In this document: positions 1-13,115 of the stretch, piece by piece
Layout of the letters: each line of letters begins with the position of its first letter
Position numbering within the stretch: position 1 is the first letter of the stretch
Assembly: GCF_009914755.1 (NCBI RefSeq)
Contig: NC_060927.1
DNA length: 64,000 nt
Reading direction: 5' to 3' (one strand)
Source: the human T2T-CHM13v2.0 reference genome, Homo sapiens
Notes under the pieces: model-generated
Told to the model about the DNA's origin: nothing
The model's database searches: none
The model's input: the letters and a program-made list of their open reading frames with translations, nothing else
Translations under genes and position numbers: made by a program

Positions 1-112
1 GACTGGAGTATAGTGGGGCAATCATAGCTCACTGCAGCCTCTGGGCTCAAATGATTCTCTTGGCTCAGCCTCCTTAACAGCTGGGTCTACAGGCATGTGA
101 GCTCATGCCCTG
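1..112 (-). mobile_element. Old Alu monomer/fragment (FLAM/AluJ-like), cut by window edge
   Basis: ctggagtatagtggggcaatcatagctcactgcagcct...ctacaggcatgtgagc matches antisense Alu/FLAM. Confidence 0.85.
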
Positions 113-1439
113 TTCTTTTTTGTTTTTGAATCCACGATGTTCTTACTTATCTCTAAGCTTTTGTATATCTTTCTCTTGCATAAAAATAAACCTCACCTCT
201 CTTTTCTTCTAGTGTTCTATCTCATTTGTCCTATATTAGCTTCAGCATCACTCCATCTGAGAGGATTTTCATATAGAATCTCCATTCTAGGCACTTACAT
301 AGAAACATGCAGTTTTGTTATTAAAACATTAATCTCTGGAGGTAGCAACCATTGCTTCTTCGTACACTGTTATATCCAGCAGCTATCACAGTGTTTAAAA
401 CAATATCAAATTATTTAAAAAATAATGTTCCATAAGAGTACAATCTATCTTTGAAAAATAAGTATACATTTAAAAAGTCGAAACTAATATACATCTGAAA
501 AAAGATGCTCTTGAAACTCTAAATATGTAATTTGAAGACTTGCTACTGCAAAAATTCATACAATATTTATATATGTTTAAATTTAGCAATTTAGAAAATT
601 TTAATAAGACATAATTCATACAAAACATGGTGGTTCAAAACTCAAAATTAATTTTTATGTAGCCTCAAAATTTCAAGAGCAAATTTTAATAAAGGAACAT
701 TCTCATTTAGAAAGTACAGAATAGTAGATTTTCATTCTATTTTATGACAAGCTTATTACCATAGTAGTAAAATTTTTATTTTTAGTGATGAGAAAATCAG
801 GCAATATGTTATACATGTCCTTGAAGACAAGCTGCAAAATGTATAAGAATGCTTTTGGCTATTTATCAAACTTTTTATTTTTCTCTCAATTTTCATTTTG
901 AGTAATTTATTGATTCCCCAATTTTTATCACTTCTTTTCTATGGTAGCCTGTGTTATTTTTTACTATCTAGAATAATTATGCATTTTATATACTAGTAAG
1001 TTTATTTTAAACAAGATCAATGAGAACATATTCAATGAAACACAGAACAAAATGAGTGAGTACAGTTATTTTTTCAATTACAGCTTTCATTGGCTGAAGA
1101 AATAAAATTCATATTATGTTTAGAAACAAATATGTTAGAGTTAGCAATTTATTTGTTCTAGGTTGTAGAAATAAACAAGTCAAAGAGTAGTAATAACTTC
1201 TTAGAATCAGCTGAAATTATGCCAATTATATAATGGTAGAAATATAAGTCAGTAGAAATACATAGTGCACTATTCAGTATGTGTTATTATGTGAATAAAT
1301 TAATTCCCCCACAATAAACATTGAAATAAAATGTAATGATTCTGATCTTATGTTTTGATATTTATTTAGAATAAAAACTTATTTTTGTTGTTAAAAAGAA
1401 AATTAAGATAACTTATTTCTCTTTTCAAAATATTCTCTA

Positions 1440-1860
1440 TTTTCAAAAATGGACTCATCCACCTGCTAGTATTTTTTCTCCTTTTTTATGAATCTTGATT
1501 AATGACACTTTCATCCAAATGTAACAAACTGGACTCTGCTCCTTCTCTCTCTCTTTTCTAATTAAATAAACCATTGATTTTTAAAATCCTACCATATAAA
1601 TCTCAGATTAATTTATTCTTTTTCATCTCTTCTATTATCACTTCCATTCATTTCTTTCTATTTCTCTGTAACTTTTGTGATGAATTTTTACTGTAATATC
1701 CTGGAACTACTTTATCTATTTTTATTCACACTACTGCCACTGTTACCTTTTAAATCTTGTCACTTTTCTTGTAAAAACCTTTAAAGTCTCCACACCACCT
1801 TCAAGATAAAAGTCTTATTTCTTTAACATAGCCTGAGAAGTCTTTATTTGACTATTGTAT
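1440..1860 (+). mobile_element. Degenerate L2 (LINE-2) fragment
   Basis: Pyrimidine-rich L2-like body ending ...caccaccttcaagataaaagtcttatttctttaacatagcc. Confidence 0.45.
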
Positions 1861-3134
1861 AATCTGTTGCAAGTATGCTGATCAAGTTTACTCTAAAAGA
1901 GGTTTTTCACAGAAAAACAGATTTGTCTCCATATAATGAACATAAAGGAAGGCATGTTACTTCCTCTCATTATTGCCTCTCAAATCTGTTACCTTTGTTT
2001 CTGAGATTCAGTGATTTCACAGTCTAGTTTTCTGCTTCCAGATATAAATGGCAATACTTATAATATTAAGGAACTCTTTTAGACTATGCCTTGACTGGTT
2101 AGGTGTTTTTGTTTTGTTTTGTGTAGTTTTAAGTAAATAGTTGTGTGTAGTCTGAGTTCAGTGTATCAAATTAACACACAATGTCACAATGTTTGCATGA
2201 CCACTGAATTGAATCTTCTTGTATATGTGTGCTTCTGAACTGCTAACTCATTTATCCCTAGTGTGTTCACCCAAAAAGTGAAACTTATTTATTGATGTAT
2301 TTACATACTTATTCCTGAGGTTTATCCCTTTTATGTGGGGCTCTACTTCATATTCATTAAATACACTTAACTTGCATGATAAGGCAATCATAAGAAAAAA
2401 ATTAGAAAATGGAATATTCTTGTATTTGACATTGGCTGACCAGACTGTGGTTTTAAGTTTTTCCTTCTGTTATAATACAGGGTATTCACATGCGTGTACA
2501 AAAGAAACATGGTTACTCTATTTTGAATCAAATTTTCCACAAAAATAAAACTAAAGTATGTAAGGAAAAGTCGGAAAAGGAGAGTGTCCTTAGTTTATAA
2601 ATCCTAAACTATTGCAGAAGATTTTTAAAAAATTTATAGTCACTTTTCATTTTATTAAAAATGTCTACATTGTCATTCACATTCTCTGATATAATAATAA
2701 TTGACCCTGTTTATAATATATTATCACATCTGACATATTCTAAAGTTTATACATTTGGGGGTGTATTTTCAGCATTAGATTAGTGAATTGCTACTATAGA
2801 GTAGAAAGAAGATTTTAACTTATAAGAAGAATATTAAAATAACAGTAAAACATTTGCTAAAGTTGTGGCAGAAATTCCAATCCACATAAACAGCAACCTG
2901 TTTCCAACTAAATTTACATAGTTTGGTTGCTATTTTATGTTACCAGCTGAAGTTGACTGGAGTCATATGGCAGTAGTGTATTTATAGCATTCAATTTTTT
3001 CGCCTGCCAATTTTTAGTTTATGCAACTACAGATGGATTTTTAAACAAATTTGGGATTTGCATCATTTCAGAGTTTTTAGAAAAAGAAGATTATCTACTG
3101 GATCTAGTAGATCTATAACACACTATTTCTAAGG

Positions 3135-3606
3135 TGCCATGGTAAATATTCTCCAAAGGCAGCTGCTAAAGATTTCTCTCCCCACTATGCTTAAAGGAGT
3201 TGGTTTCTAATTTTCTTATACCTGTATTGAATTTGCTTTGACCATTAAAATTGGTAGAAGTGACAGTTCACCTGTTGTTTGCCTAGCTTCTATGCGACCT
3301 CGTCACTTCCATTGGACAGCCACCTATATACCACTAGAGAAAAAGAGATGATGCAGAGGAAAATTAAAGTTCACAGCTGTCATCAACTTCCAGTCATATG
3401 AATGAGGTCTTCTTGGAAACCCAGCTCCAGTCAAGTTTCAAGTTGAATGCAGCTCCATGTATGGCCTGAGAATTAACCATTTAAGGCAGAACTACCCAGC
3501 TGATGCATGAATGAGTTCTCAACCTACAAAATCGTAGGGAATAATATATAATAGTTTGAACACTCTAAGTTGTGGGGAATTTTGCCATAGAAATCTGATA
3601 CATACA
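3135..3606 (+). mobile_element. MLT1-family (ERVL-MaLR) solo LTR
   Basis: tgaatgaggtcttcttggaaacccagctccagtcaag, agaactacccagctga and a 3' end ctctaagttgtggggaattttgccatagaaatctgataca typical of MLT1. Confidence 0.7.
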
Positions 3607-5029
3607 TAATAAGTGTTCACTTGAAATAAGACTTTGTTGTCTTTGCAACTCATAAACTGAATAAATTCTTTATGAAAAGCAATGTATATTCTCTCTTTGT
3701 AACTATGTATTACATTGTTCTTCTTTAAAGTATTTCCTTATTTCCTTTTTACTTTCTATTTGATTTTATTTTGTTCATACAATTTATTTCATCCTGAAGG
3801 ATATACCTTAGTTTCCTTTCTTAAATTTCTACCTGCATCTTTAAATTTAGACTCTATACTTCAATGATTATTTTCTTAATTTATCCCTCCTGAATGAATC
3901 CATACTTCATCAAACTTCTCTCTATTCTCAGAATGAGAATTATCACATTTTTGTGTTTTGCTTCATTTATTGCCATTGATTGCCCTGGCTAGAAAGTAAG
4001 GCCTACTTTTTGTTGTTGTTTTGTATTCTATTTCAAAAAGCAAGTGACCATTTTATAAAACTTTTTGAAGAGATTGATTTTTCCTCTTTTTTTGACAGCC
4101 TATAAGTGTACAAAATTATTAAAAGCAGTCTCTAAGCTGTAGGTGTTCTGCCAATATTGGAAGGATAAACAATTCTTAGAGACATAAACAGCATTTTTCA
4201 GGATACTTTTTCTGATCATTTTGTAAATTCTCCTCTGTAGGCAGCAACTGCATTCTTTCAACTCCTATTGAAAGAATTAAATTATACAAATGTGTTTATA
4301 TGTATATACACATCACGTATCTTTTTCATAAACTTAGGAAAGGCAAATGACTAAAAATTGATCTGTTACTGTCTCCTTTAGAGTTTTATATTTGTTTGTC
4401 TTACTTCTTTCACTCTTGCTTAGCCACTGGAACAATAAGATTTATTTATAATAATTATGTAATTGTGTGTCGGTGGATGATTAATAAGCAAGTACATATT
4501 AGTATCAAATGGGATAGTGTGCATAAAAGTGCTTTTTAAACAGCGAAGGAAATATATCGTAAAAGCATAATGATTGTGTTGTTACAAATGTAGCTATTTT
4601 TGTCTAAGAGTTACAAAGTTAAATTTTAATAAAACAAAAAGTTGACACTAAACTTCAGAAAAAAGATATTTTTAGGAACCGATTATGGAGGGAGATTATA
4701 ATACATTAGAATCTATTAAAACCAGTAATTATGCTTCCCATGATAGAAATTATGGAACCAAGTAGACAAACTGGGGAATGGCTATATAAATACAGTCTGT
4801 GCTTCTATGTGTATGCAGGACAATATTCAAGGATAGTAAATCTCCAACTCTCAAAATCTGTATATACTGGATGTCTGTGACCAATTCTTTCTTCTTACCT
4901 TTTGTTTATCTACTTCTTACCTATTCTTAGAATTTGTATGACATTTTACATTTTATCCTAAATATTTAATTTGCTGACTATAGCAATGTTTTTTCGTGGG
5001 AATAAACTACCTAGTGTTAGAGGCAGATT

Positions 5030-5130
5030 TTCAAAATTTCAGTATCCATTCCATCAGATTTTCTTGGGGTGAAGCCCAGGAAGTGGTATTTTAAACTAGC
5101 TCCTTGAGTGATTACATGTACAAAAGTTTC
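5030..5130. mobile_element. MER5-like hAT-Charlie DNA transposon fragment
   Basis: atcagattttcttggggtgaagcccaggaagtggtattttaaactagctccttgagtgatt resembles the MER5 core. Confidence 0.6.
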
Positions 5131-5929
5131 ATAATAATTATTCACGAAACTCTAGAGAAGAAAAAATTGTCAAGTAAATTCGGCTACCCTTATGTCACAG
5201 AAAAATTACAAAATGGAATTTGTCAAGATTAAATTTAAAAACAGAGTTTGTTGAAGATACAGGACAAAATTGTGTGTCTGTATTATTTACTTTTTACTGC
5301 GAGGTTGTTATATAGTCATGCTTAGTATTGCCAGGAGGGTTTATTTGTTTTCTGGTACATTTATGAGGAAGAGCTATACATTCTTTAGGGACATTGAATT
5401 AATATTGAATCATCAAAACTAATTAAAAAATTTGTATGGAGCCTTGATTACTACACGTACTAGAAATTAGGCTTTTTTGTTTTATTATGAATTTTTTAAA
5501 TTTACTTATTTATTTCCTAAAACGTGTTCTAAAATTTTCATGTTGAAGGTTTTTCCAAAGTAATTAAATTAACATTGAAAATGATATTGGAAAACTTTAT
5601 AGGAAAATGTATTTTTATATTTTCTTCCATTTTTTGAACAGAGATCATTTTATATATTTGTCAGTGTCACTCTAAAATCACCACCTCTATGTCACATTTT
5701 TTTACAATGCCTTATCTGAATCTCCTCAAAGGGTCCTTGAACATCGTACATTATAGCCTCTAAATGAAATGCTGTTTTCAACTTAATGTTGCATCAGTCA
5801 GTGTTCTGGCAAAGTTGACCTGTTGTAGTCAAAATTAAGGGAACCCACAAGGGATGGTCAAACACACTCTGATAAGAAATATCCAAATTTTTTTTTATCA
5901 AAATTTCCTCTCATTGTCACTTCATCTTG

Positions 5930-6230
5930 GATGGTAACAGGAGCTTTAGCACTGAGGGAGGTCTTCTCAGTAAGAGATGTAACCATAGAAAGAAGAGAAG
6001 GCCGGGGCAAAAGCAGTGGCCAGGTAGAAAGAAATGGAGGTGGAGAAATACTATTAGCTCTACCTCCTTCCTCCCTTTAATTTCATCCTTGTGCCTCCGC
6101 TTGGTCAAAACCAACCAGACATTAGAGGGTAAAAGGAAGCCTGGATAATAAGGTTCATAGAGGGGAAACTCCCAGAAAACAGAGAAGATCAGAGATTAAC
6201 AGCAGGTAGAGTTGAGGGGCAAAAAATCTA
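5930..6230 (-). mobile_element. LTR33-like (ERVL) LTR fragment
   Basis: gtgcctccgcttggtcaaaaccaaccagacattagagggtaaaaggaagcctggat...gaggggcaaa is the reverse complement of the LTR33 5' part. Confidence 0.7.
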
Positions 6231-7035
6231 TGCTTATCCTTTGTTTACGTAGAAAGCAAATCAACTCAACAACCAAGAGAAAATATAAACCTCTCATAAG
6301 CCTTTGTGTCATTTAAGGAGGATTTTAATTCAATCATTCCCAGTAGTTTTCAAGTAAAGAAGCAGGGAAAATCAGGAGATAATAAAAAATAATTAGTGCT
6401 GCAAACCCCACATCTGTCCTTTGTCTTAAAACCTAAGATGATAATCGCAGAGTCCTTCTAGCAGCATTCCATGTGCCCCTTACTTTTAGCCAGCCCTTGG
6501 TGTGTTGGAAAGTTTTACTTGGTGTTCTTTAACAGAACAAAAATAGCAAAAGGCAGCCCAGAAATTGTCTTGAATTCTAAGTATAGTCTTACTTGTCTCC
6601 ATTAGTCTCCTTGTAATCAAAACTATCACCTAGGCCAGGGCTTGGAGGATTTCTATTCTTGGCTCTTGAATTAACTGAAAGCCTTTGCTAATTCATTAGT
6701 TGAAAAACAGGGAATGTGTTGATTTGCAATAATTATCACAAATCACATCTGGAATTAACAGGTATGATTAGTGTCACCACTGTATAAGTTTATAATAGTC
6801 CACATCTAATCTCTCGGACCCATCAGATTTTGGCACTGGTCAAGTAGGATAATTAAATAGAAATGTGATAAGAATGAGCATCCTAGCAACATTCAGGCTT
6901 CTGCGCTAACATCTTCAATTTTCTCAGATATAGAATATGGCTTCGGTTATTATTTTAGTAAGGGGTGAGAGGTAGTTCTACTTTGCCTGGCCTACAAATT
7001 AGCCCTAACTATGTTTTGTGAAGTGCCTCTCATTA

Positions 7036-7069
7036 CACGCACACACACACAAACACACACACACACACG

Positions 7070-7112
<43 letters not shown>

Positions 7113-7132
7113 GGAGACAGAGAGAGAGAGAG
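7036..7132. repeat. (CA)n microsatellite followed by (GA)n
   Basis: Seen directly; imperfect CA run then GA run. Confidence 0.97.
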
Positions 7133-7547
7133 CACTAAATCCATTAAATCATTCTGTGTTTTGAAGCTGAGGAAATAACTGCAGTATATGTCTGCAGTCT
7201 CACCAAAACCTTTGTGACTGAGATTAAGTACTGAGATTAAGACTCTCTCTGTCACCTAAATTCCTTTAGCCTCTCTCTAATTAAAAGACCTTAGTAGCAT
7301 TTTGGTTTCCCAGGAAATACAAGATAGTATCAGTTCTGAGACAGAAGGATGTATTTCACTTTTCAGAGTAAAGAGAAAACTTAATGTATGGCCAACGTTC
7401 CCTTTTGTGGTAGCTTAGGCTAAAAGGAAGAATTAGAGTGTACATTTAGTGTTTGCATTGCAGAATTCATTCTCAAAGGAATCTGGCCGCTTCCTTAAGA
7501 GTATCTGTGTCTTTGAACTGATAGAGTATTGATGGGTATAGATTATT

Positions 7548-8027
7548 GTATCAATCAGGTTCCTAGTAGGTAACAGATGATACACTCAGAGATGTTAGTT
7601 GAGGAGAACTTCACGTAGGAACCACAAAATAATATTAACAAATTTATGAGAACCAGTAATGGATGGCGAGATCAGGGACTATCAAAAGTAGGAAGTCATT
7701 ATTACCCCTAGGACCACAGGACCAAAGGCAGAGGGTGGTTTAACAGCAACTAATATGAGCTATAGTCACGAAAGTCATTTCCTACCAGGAGATATAGCTG
7801 AATGTGAAATAATCCAATCACCGAAAAAAGTACTTTCTGGAATAGGAAAGCTGAGAAAAGAGCTGACCTTTCTTCCTTCCGTTGACTTTTATGCTGGTAC
7901 CTCTGTTTGACCAACTTTAACCAAAAGACAGAAGGCAAGGAAACCCGGGTGATATATGACACCAGGAAAGTAGAGAATGGCAGAGTCTGAGTAGACAATG
8001 GATCTGGAGGACCAAAGAATGGGCAAC
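7548..8027 (-). mobile_element. LTR33-like (ERVL) solo LTR, near full length
   Basis: Starts tgtatcaatcaggttcctagtaggtaacagatgatacactc, ends ggatctggaggaccaaagaatgggcaaca; shares the LTR33 core with the copy at 5930. Confidence 0.75.
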
Positions 8028-8535
8028 ATTAAAGTAAATCAATTATACGCGACCAAACTTTCCCTTAAGTGTGAGATGGAGAATCCATTGCGGTAGAAGC
8101 CATGATTTTGACAAACCTGTATAATTCACAGATACCCTAATTATAAGCCCTATAAAAGTAAAAAATAATAGAGCCAAGTTATTAAGAAATTTTGCAAACA
8201 TGGGGGAACATGTATTTTTTTTTCTTTAGAGTTGTGAAGATTGAATAATGTCAGGTGAGGAAAATTCTGTTAACAAGAGTAAATACTACATGCTAGTGAG
8301 AATAAAATGTACAATGCTCTATATACAGAACAATTCTGTATACAACTTATTTTAATTTTAATTGAAATTCTGCGAGATTGCTATTGATGTCACAGATAAA
8401 ATCTATGTTTCATTACAAAGGATTTATTTATTTTTAATAAGCACATGTTCTCAGTACCATCTCAGTTACAGAAAGGAAAAAAATCCAGGAACTGCCATTC
8501 CTTTCATTTTTACATAGCACTTAGTGGTGCAATGA

Positions 8536-8622
8536 GTTCATTGTAAGATACCCATTGTCCTTACTCAGAGATAATCAATTGTTCATTGTAAGATATCCAT
8601 TGTCCTTACTCAGAGATAATCA
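8536..8622. repeat. Tandem duplication, 45 bp period x2
   Basis: gttcattgtaagata(c/t)ccattgtccttactcagagataatca at 8536 and 8581. Confidence 0.95.
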
Positions 8623-9785
8623 CTTTTATTGCACTACATCTTTATTATACTTTCTTGTTCCCTATATTTTAACAATAATTCTTCAGTTCATTTAAAAATT
8701 AAACTACTATGCCTGATGTTAATAATTCATCATAATTTATAATGTGAAAAGTTTCCGATCCTATCTAGATAATCGGGCATGCAAAATTTTATAAAATATG
8801 CTTAACAGTAATTAAATGTACAGATACAGATTCACATCTTCTACTAGAGCTGCTGTATGTAGGAGTGATTATGGAAGAACGAGGCATGAAGTGAAACAGA
8901 ACAGATCTGGCATACACAATGATTCATGACTTGACTTGAAAGTAAGAAAAAACTTATAAATAATTCACTTTCCTTCTAAAAATAAGTGTTCACAGATTTT
9001 TACTGATGCCATTCGAAGTTCTCCATGTGAAAACATTATTATTTAAACTTAGAAGAAATATTTCCACAGGTGAAACAAGGGAAAACTGCAAAATGCCTTC
9101 TACTGTGTTTGGTTCCATGATCCAAATTGAATGATTACTTTTGAATCTTTGGATCTTTTGAAGCATAAATCTTTAATTGAGTTGTATAGGCTGGAAAATG
9201 GAAACCATTGAGGAAAATTGCCAAGCTCCTGGACTAAGCTATCCCTTAAATCAACATTTCCACAGCATTTCAAATTTTAGTTTTGGGATCACTCCTTAAG
9301 CATTTAGACTGTTTTCTTGTCAGTGCAGTGGACTTGGCTTTTCCACTAGAATTTTTCACAAATCTGTGGAATCACCAGTTTATACAAATGTGTGGCTTTG
9401 ATTTTCTTATCAATCCATTCATTTTCAAAAGGAAATTAATGTATCACAATTAAAGAAATATATGAAAATTTATGATATTTGTTTATCAAATATATGTGTT
9501 TCTATAATACAGGGATCTTTTCTGCTTGAAAAGAGAACTTTTAAAGCTCTTGTAATCCACTTCCCTATTAGTCTTACTAATATAAACTCACAGGAACATC
9601 TGCCACCTTTAATATATTTCCGTGATGAGTTGCAGAAAAGTCAAGGTCCTGGTATCAGTTCCTGGTGAGGGCTTTGGTAGATGTTTCCTTATCAGGGAAG
9701 TTCTAACATATAGACTGGGAAATTTCCCCTAGAAGCATAGTCTCACAGCTCACTATCTAGCTCTCTCCTTCACTTACGGGAGCTT

Positions 9786-9998
9786 CTTTATTTTTATTTT
9801 TTTGACTTTTGTTTTAGGTTCGGGGCTACCTGTAAAGGTTTGTTACCTAGGTGAACTCGTGTCACAGGGCTTTGTTGTACAAATTATTTCATCACTCAGG
9901 TATTAAGCCCAGTACCCAATAGTGATCTTTTCTGCTCCTCTCTTGCCTCACACTTTCCACTCCCAAGTAGACCCCAGTGTCTATTGTTCCCTTTTTGT
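9786..9998 (-). mobile_element. L1 3'UTR fragment (older L1PA, L1PA14-16-like)
   Basis: T-rich tail then ggtttgttacctaggtgaactcgtgtcac...ggtattaagcccagtacccaatag...gtagaccccagtgtctattgttccc. Confidence 0.9.
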
Positions 9999-10060
9999 TA
10001 CTACTCTGGTGCTAGGGACTCATCTTGCAGCCATTGACTTCCTTCAAAGCTAAATGCCTC

Positions 10061-10476
10061 TTGCACTGATCCCGGTCCTCCTAGAAGCAGACACCTATGT
10101 AGAACGGAACATGCAAGGATTTTTAAGGGAAAATATCTGCGTGAGAGTAAATGACAGCATGCTAGAATAGCAGGGAGAACCATCAGACATCCAACCAAGT
10201 CTGAGCTCAGAAAAAGGGAGTTAGGGTAGGTGGAGGTGTACTGGCTGCTTTGCAGTCTAAGGATTATTCAGGAAGGTCCATCAGGGTGTCTTCCAGCTGA
10301 AGTCAGTTGTGAGGACAGGAATAGGCCCTTCCTTGGTATCTTGCAACACTCATTGAGCAGCCATGTGGGAGTATGGCCTCAGTGCAGGTGGCTCTCAGAG
10401 GACAGCAGTTGAGCCTTGTGGTTAATTATACTCCCCAGAGTTGGAGATCTGGTGTGCATTCTTGTGGTGGCCGCAC
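10061..10476 (-). mobile_element. LTR16-family (ERVL) solo LTR
   Basis: ctagaagcagacac...gcagggagaaccatcagac...gagcagccatgtgggagtatggcctcagtgca motifs. Confidence 0.65.
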
Positions 10477-10829
10477 CTCTGTCACCTTGCCTTGACAGTG
10501 TACAGATGCTCCTGCTCCAAGCTGCTGTCTTGCAAATCTAAATGCCATGTGAATGAATCCCATTTGAAATCTAAGTAACATGCCTGTGCTTTGACTGCAA
10601 ATAAGACTGAGGAGGAGGCTTCAAATTCATAAGCCACAAATTCCTCTAATACAGCAAGATTGTTAAAAAAAAAAGGTGTGGCAGACGAAAAACGTAATGG
10701 ATGCTCCTCACAAAAAATAACATAATAAAAGTAACATAATAATATGAAACCATATTCTTTTCAGTTAAAGAAATTGTTTCTGTGCTGGCCAGTTTTTCAG
10801 AGATCAAGAAAGAGAAAAAGAGAGTGGAG

Positions 10830-11030
10830 GCAACTAACTTTTTTGTTAAGGATGTGACTCAGAAATTGCACACTTCGCTTTTGTTCAGTTCTATTGACCC
10901 AAATTTAATCACATGGACACAGACAGCTACAAGGGAGGCTGAAAGATGTTGTCATTGGCTGAAGGCAATGTACCCCAATAAAAATCAGAGTGAAAGACAG
11001 GAAGAAAGGGTGAATAGATATTTGAGAACA
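10830..11030 (-). mobile_element. MLT1 (J/K-like) LTR fragment
   Basis: cagaaattgcacacttcgcttttgttcagttctattgacccaaatttaatcacatggacacagacagctacaagggaggctgaaagatgt. Confidence 0.65.
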
Positions 11031-12749
11031 CTAAATCCCTCATATATTTTGTGTATACCAACTGGTTACTGCAACCTTTAAATTCCATTTAAAAATAAAC
11101 ATAATCATGACCCTACACGGAAATTTATTTAACAATTTATTAAAATACATCATATCACTAGGTACAACCAAAACCTTCACAATTTTATAGACAAATACAT
11201 CTATTTTAAGGGAGTTTTGAATGAAGTGGTGAACTATATATTTTTCAGTTCTGTGACGAGAGCACGCGCCAATTGCTATATTCTTTTAATGTATTTGTTT
11301 CTAATACCATGCTCTGTTATGTTTCTGCATGATGGCTGAAGTAATTTGAGAAAGAAAACATTTTCATACATTCTTATGCAACTTCAATTTAAAATTTATA
11401 CAACAAATGAATTTTAAATCATTTGGAGTAATAAGGGAATATAGAGAATAAAATAGAAAAATAACTTTTGTTATAAGATATATTTTATATTTTCACCCAT
11501 AGAAAAACTTATAGCCCAGATCTCATGTATATAATTATAGAAAACCTCTAATAAATAAAAGGTCTTTAGATGTAGCTTTAGATGACCTTAATTAATATTT
11601 ATTTTACTGAGCTATTGTTCATTTTGTCTGTTATCTCTAATATGTTATTATTCTTTATATTGAGTTTGGACTACATTCTAATAAAAAATATGGCATACTC
11701 AAATAACTTAGTTCTTGTAAACATTCTCCTTTAACTTCTTTTAAAAATTTTACTGAAAAGTAAAAATTGAGAAATCAATGGTTGTCACATATAGATTGAC
11801 TTAACTTTGCATTGCATTCAAGTACCTGAACTTGCTATCTTCACCTTGCCTGTGGGGTTGCTTGCCACCTAAGTGGAGGCTCAATTTTTTTTCCTTCTCA
11901 GGTGACAGGTGAATATATATGAGATTATCCCTTGCTATCCCTGAACTGTACTTGCTCAATTAATCTGACAGAATTTCTTTTTCAGCTTTTCTTCCCAATA
12001 AACTTTAATGATGCCATTAAAGTCGTGAGACTTAACAACAAGATTTTAAAAAATAATCCAACATAACCATGACCCTATATAAAACAAAGATAATAAATAC
12101 TAATATTATACCAGTTAAAGAAAAGACAATTAACCAGGACAGAGTTCTATTCTAGAATTTCTTTCTTTTGAAGTTAGATATTGTGAAGCAATCTTGTGAG
12201 AGAAGTGGGGGAAGCTTAATAGGTCTGGAGTTAAAATGTACTTATATTTTTAAAATTTATATATCATTATATTGAATATTTGTATGAAATCTTCTCAGGT
12301 AACATATTATAAGGAGCCTATAATCCACAGATGTTGAATTTTTTGATTGGAGAGATAGGCTGTATTTCTCACATTCAAATTTTAAACTCTTAACTTTGTA
12401 GTTTGCTAATGCACTAAAACCCAGAGAAAAGTTATTTAGTTCTAACAGGATAATTTTCTGTGTTGACTGACCACATCAAGCAGTCATTTGATGAGGTTTC
12501 CCCTGGGAAGAGACATGGCCAAGAGTTAGATATCTCTCTTCAGCTAAGGAAAATATCAGAAAAGGTATAGGACAGTCAGTCTGGAATACTGCAGTATATG
12601 GGGGAATAAATCTATATAATTATAAAGGGAGACTGGAAGAGTATATCGCAAAATCAATGGCTGTCATCTTTAAGTGCTTAGACACAGATTTTTATAAGAA
12701 GTTCTGGAAGCAGAAACTGCAGAATTCTCATGGGCTTTTCTTCCTGGGG

Positions 12750-13115
12750 AAAAATATCAGTAAAAAGTTAGTGGGACAAATCACAGCGTCTGTCATTGCA
12801 GCTGATCTTGAGAACACAATTAATACTTGACTTTTTCTTCCTCTATTTTTATTTCTATTTTAGATTCCCATTATCCTCAGCTAGTACTTCTGTTGTCCTG
12901 GGTGTCTTATTTCATGCAAGAAACCCAAACCCTCATTCCTGAAGGATGTTAACCATTGCCAATTATGCAATTCTCAAGTTATAACTGCTGAAGTTGTCTA
13001 TTTACTGTCAAAATCAGACAGTGGGGCATTAAGAGGTGCCCGAGTAATCACTTGGAAGAAAATGGATTCCACTCTGTGCCACCAAACTAATGCAACCATA
13101 CCTTCTGATGATCAT
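12750..13115 (-). mobile_element. Possible ERVL/MaLR internal-region fragment
   Basis: gtgggacaaatcacagcgtctgtcattgcagctgatcttgag and acccaaaccctcattcctgaagg resemble ERVL-class internal 3' sequence (from recall). Confidence 0.4.

Noticed and set aside
11881-11915. Strong acceptor ttttttttccttctcag|G; likewise isolated donors at ~19030 and ~32522
   Set aside because: Isolated splice-like motifs are common in AT-rich DNA; no coherent exon chain or reading frame links them.
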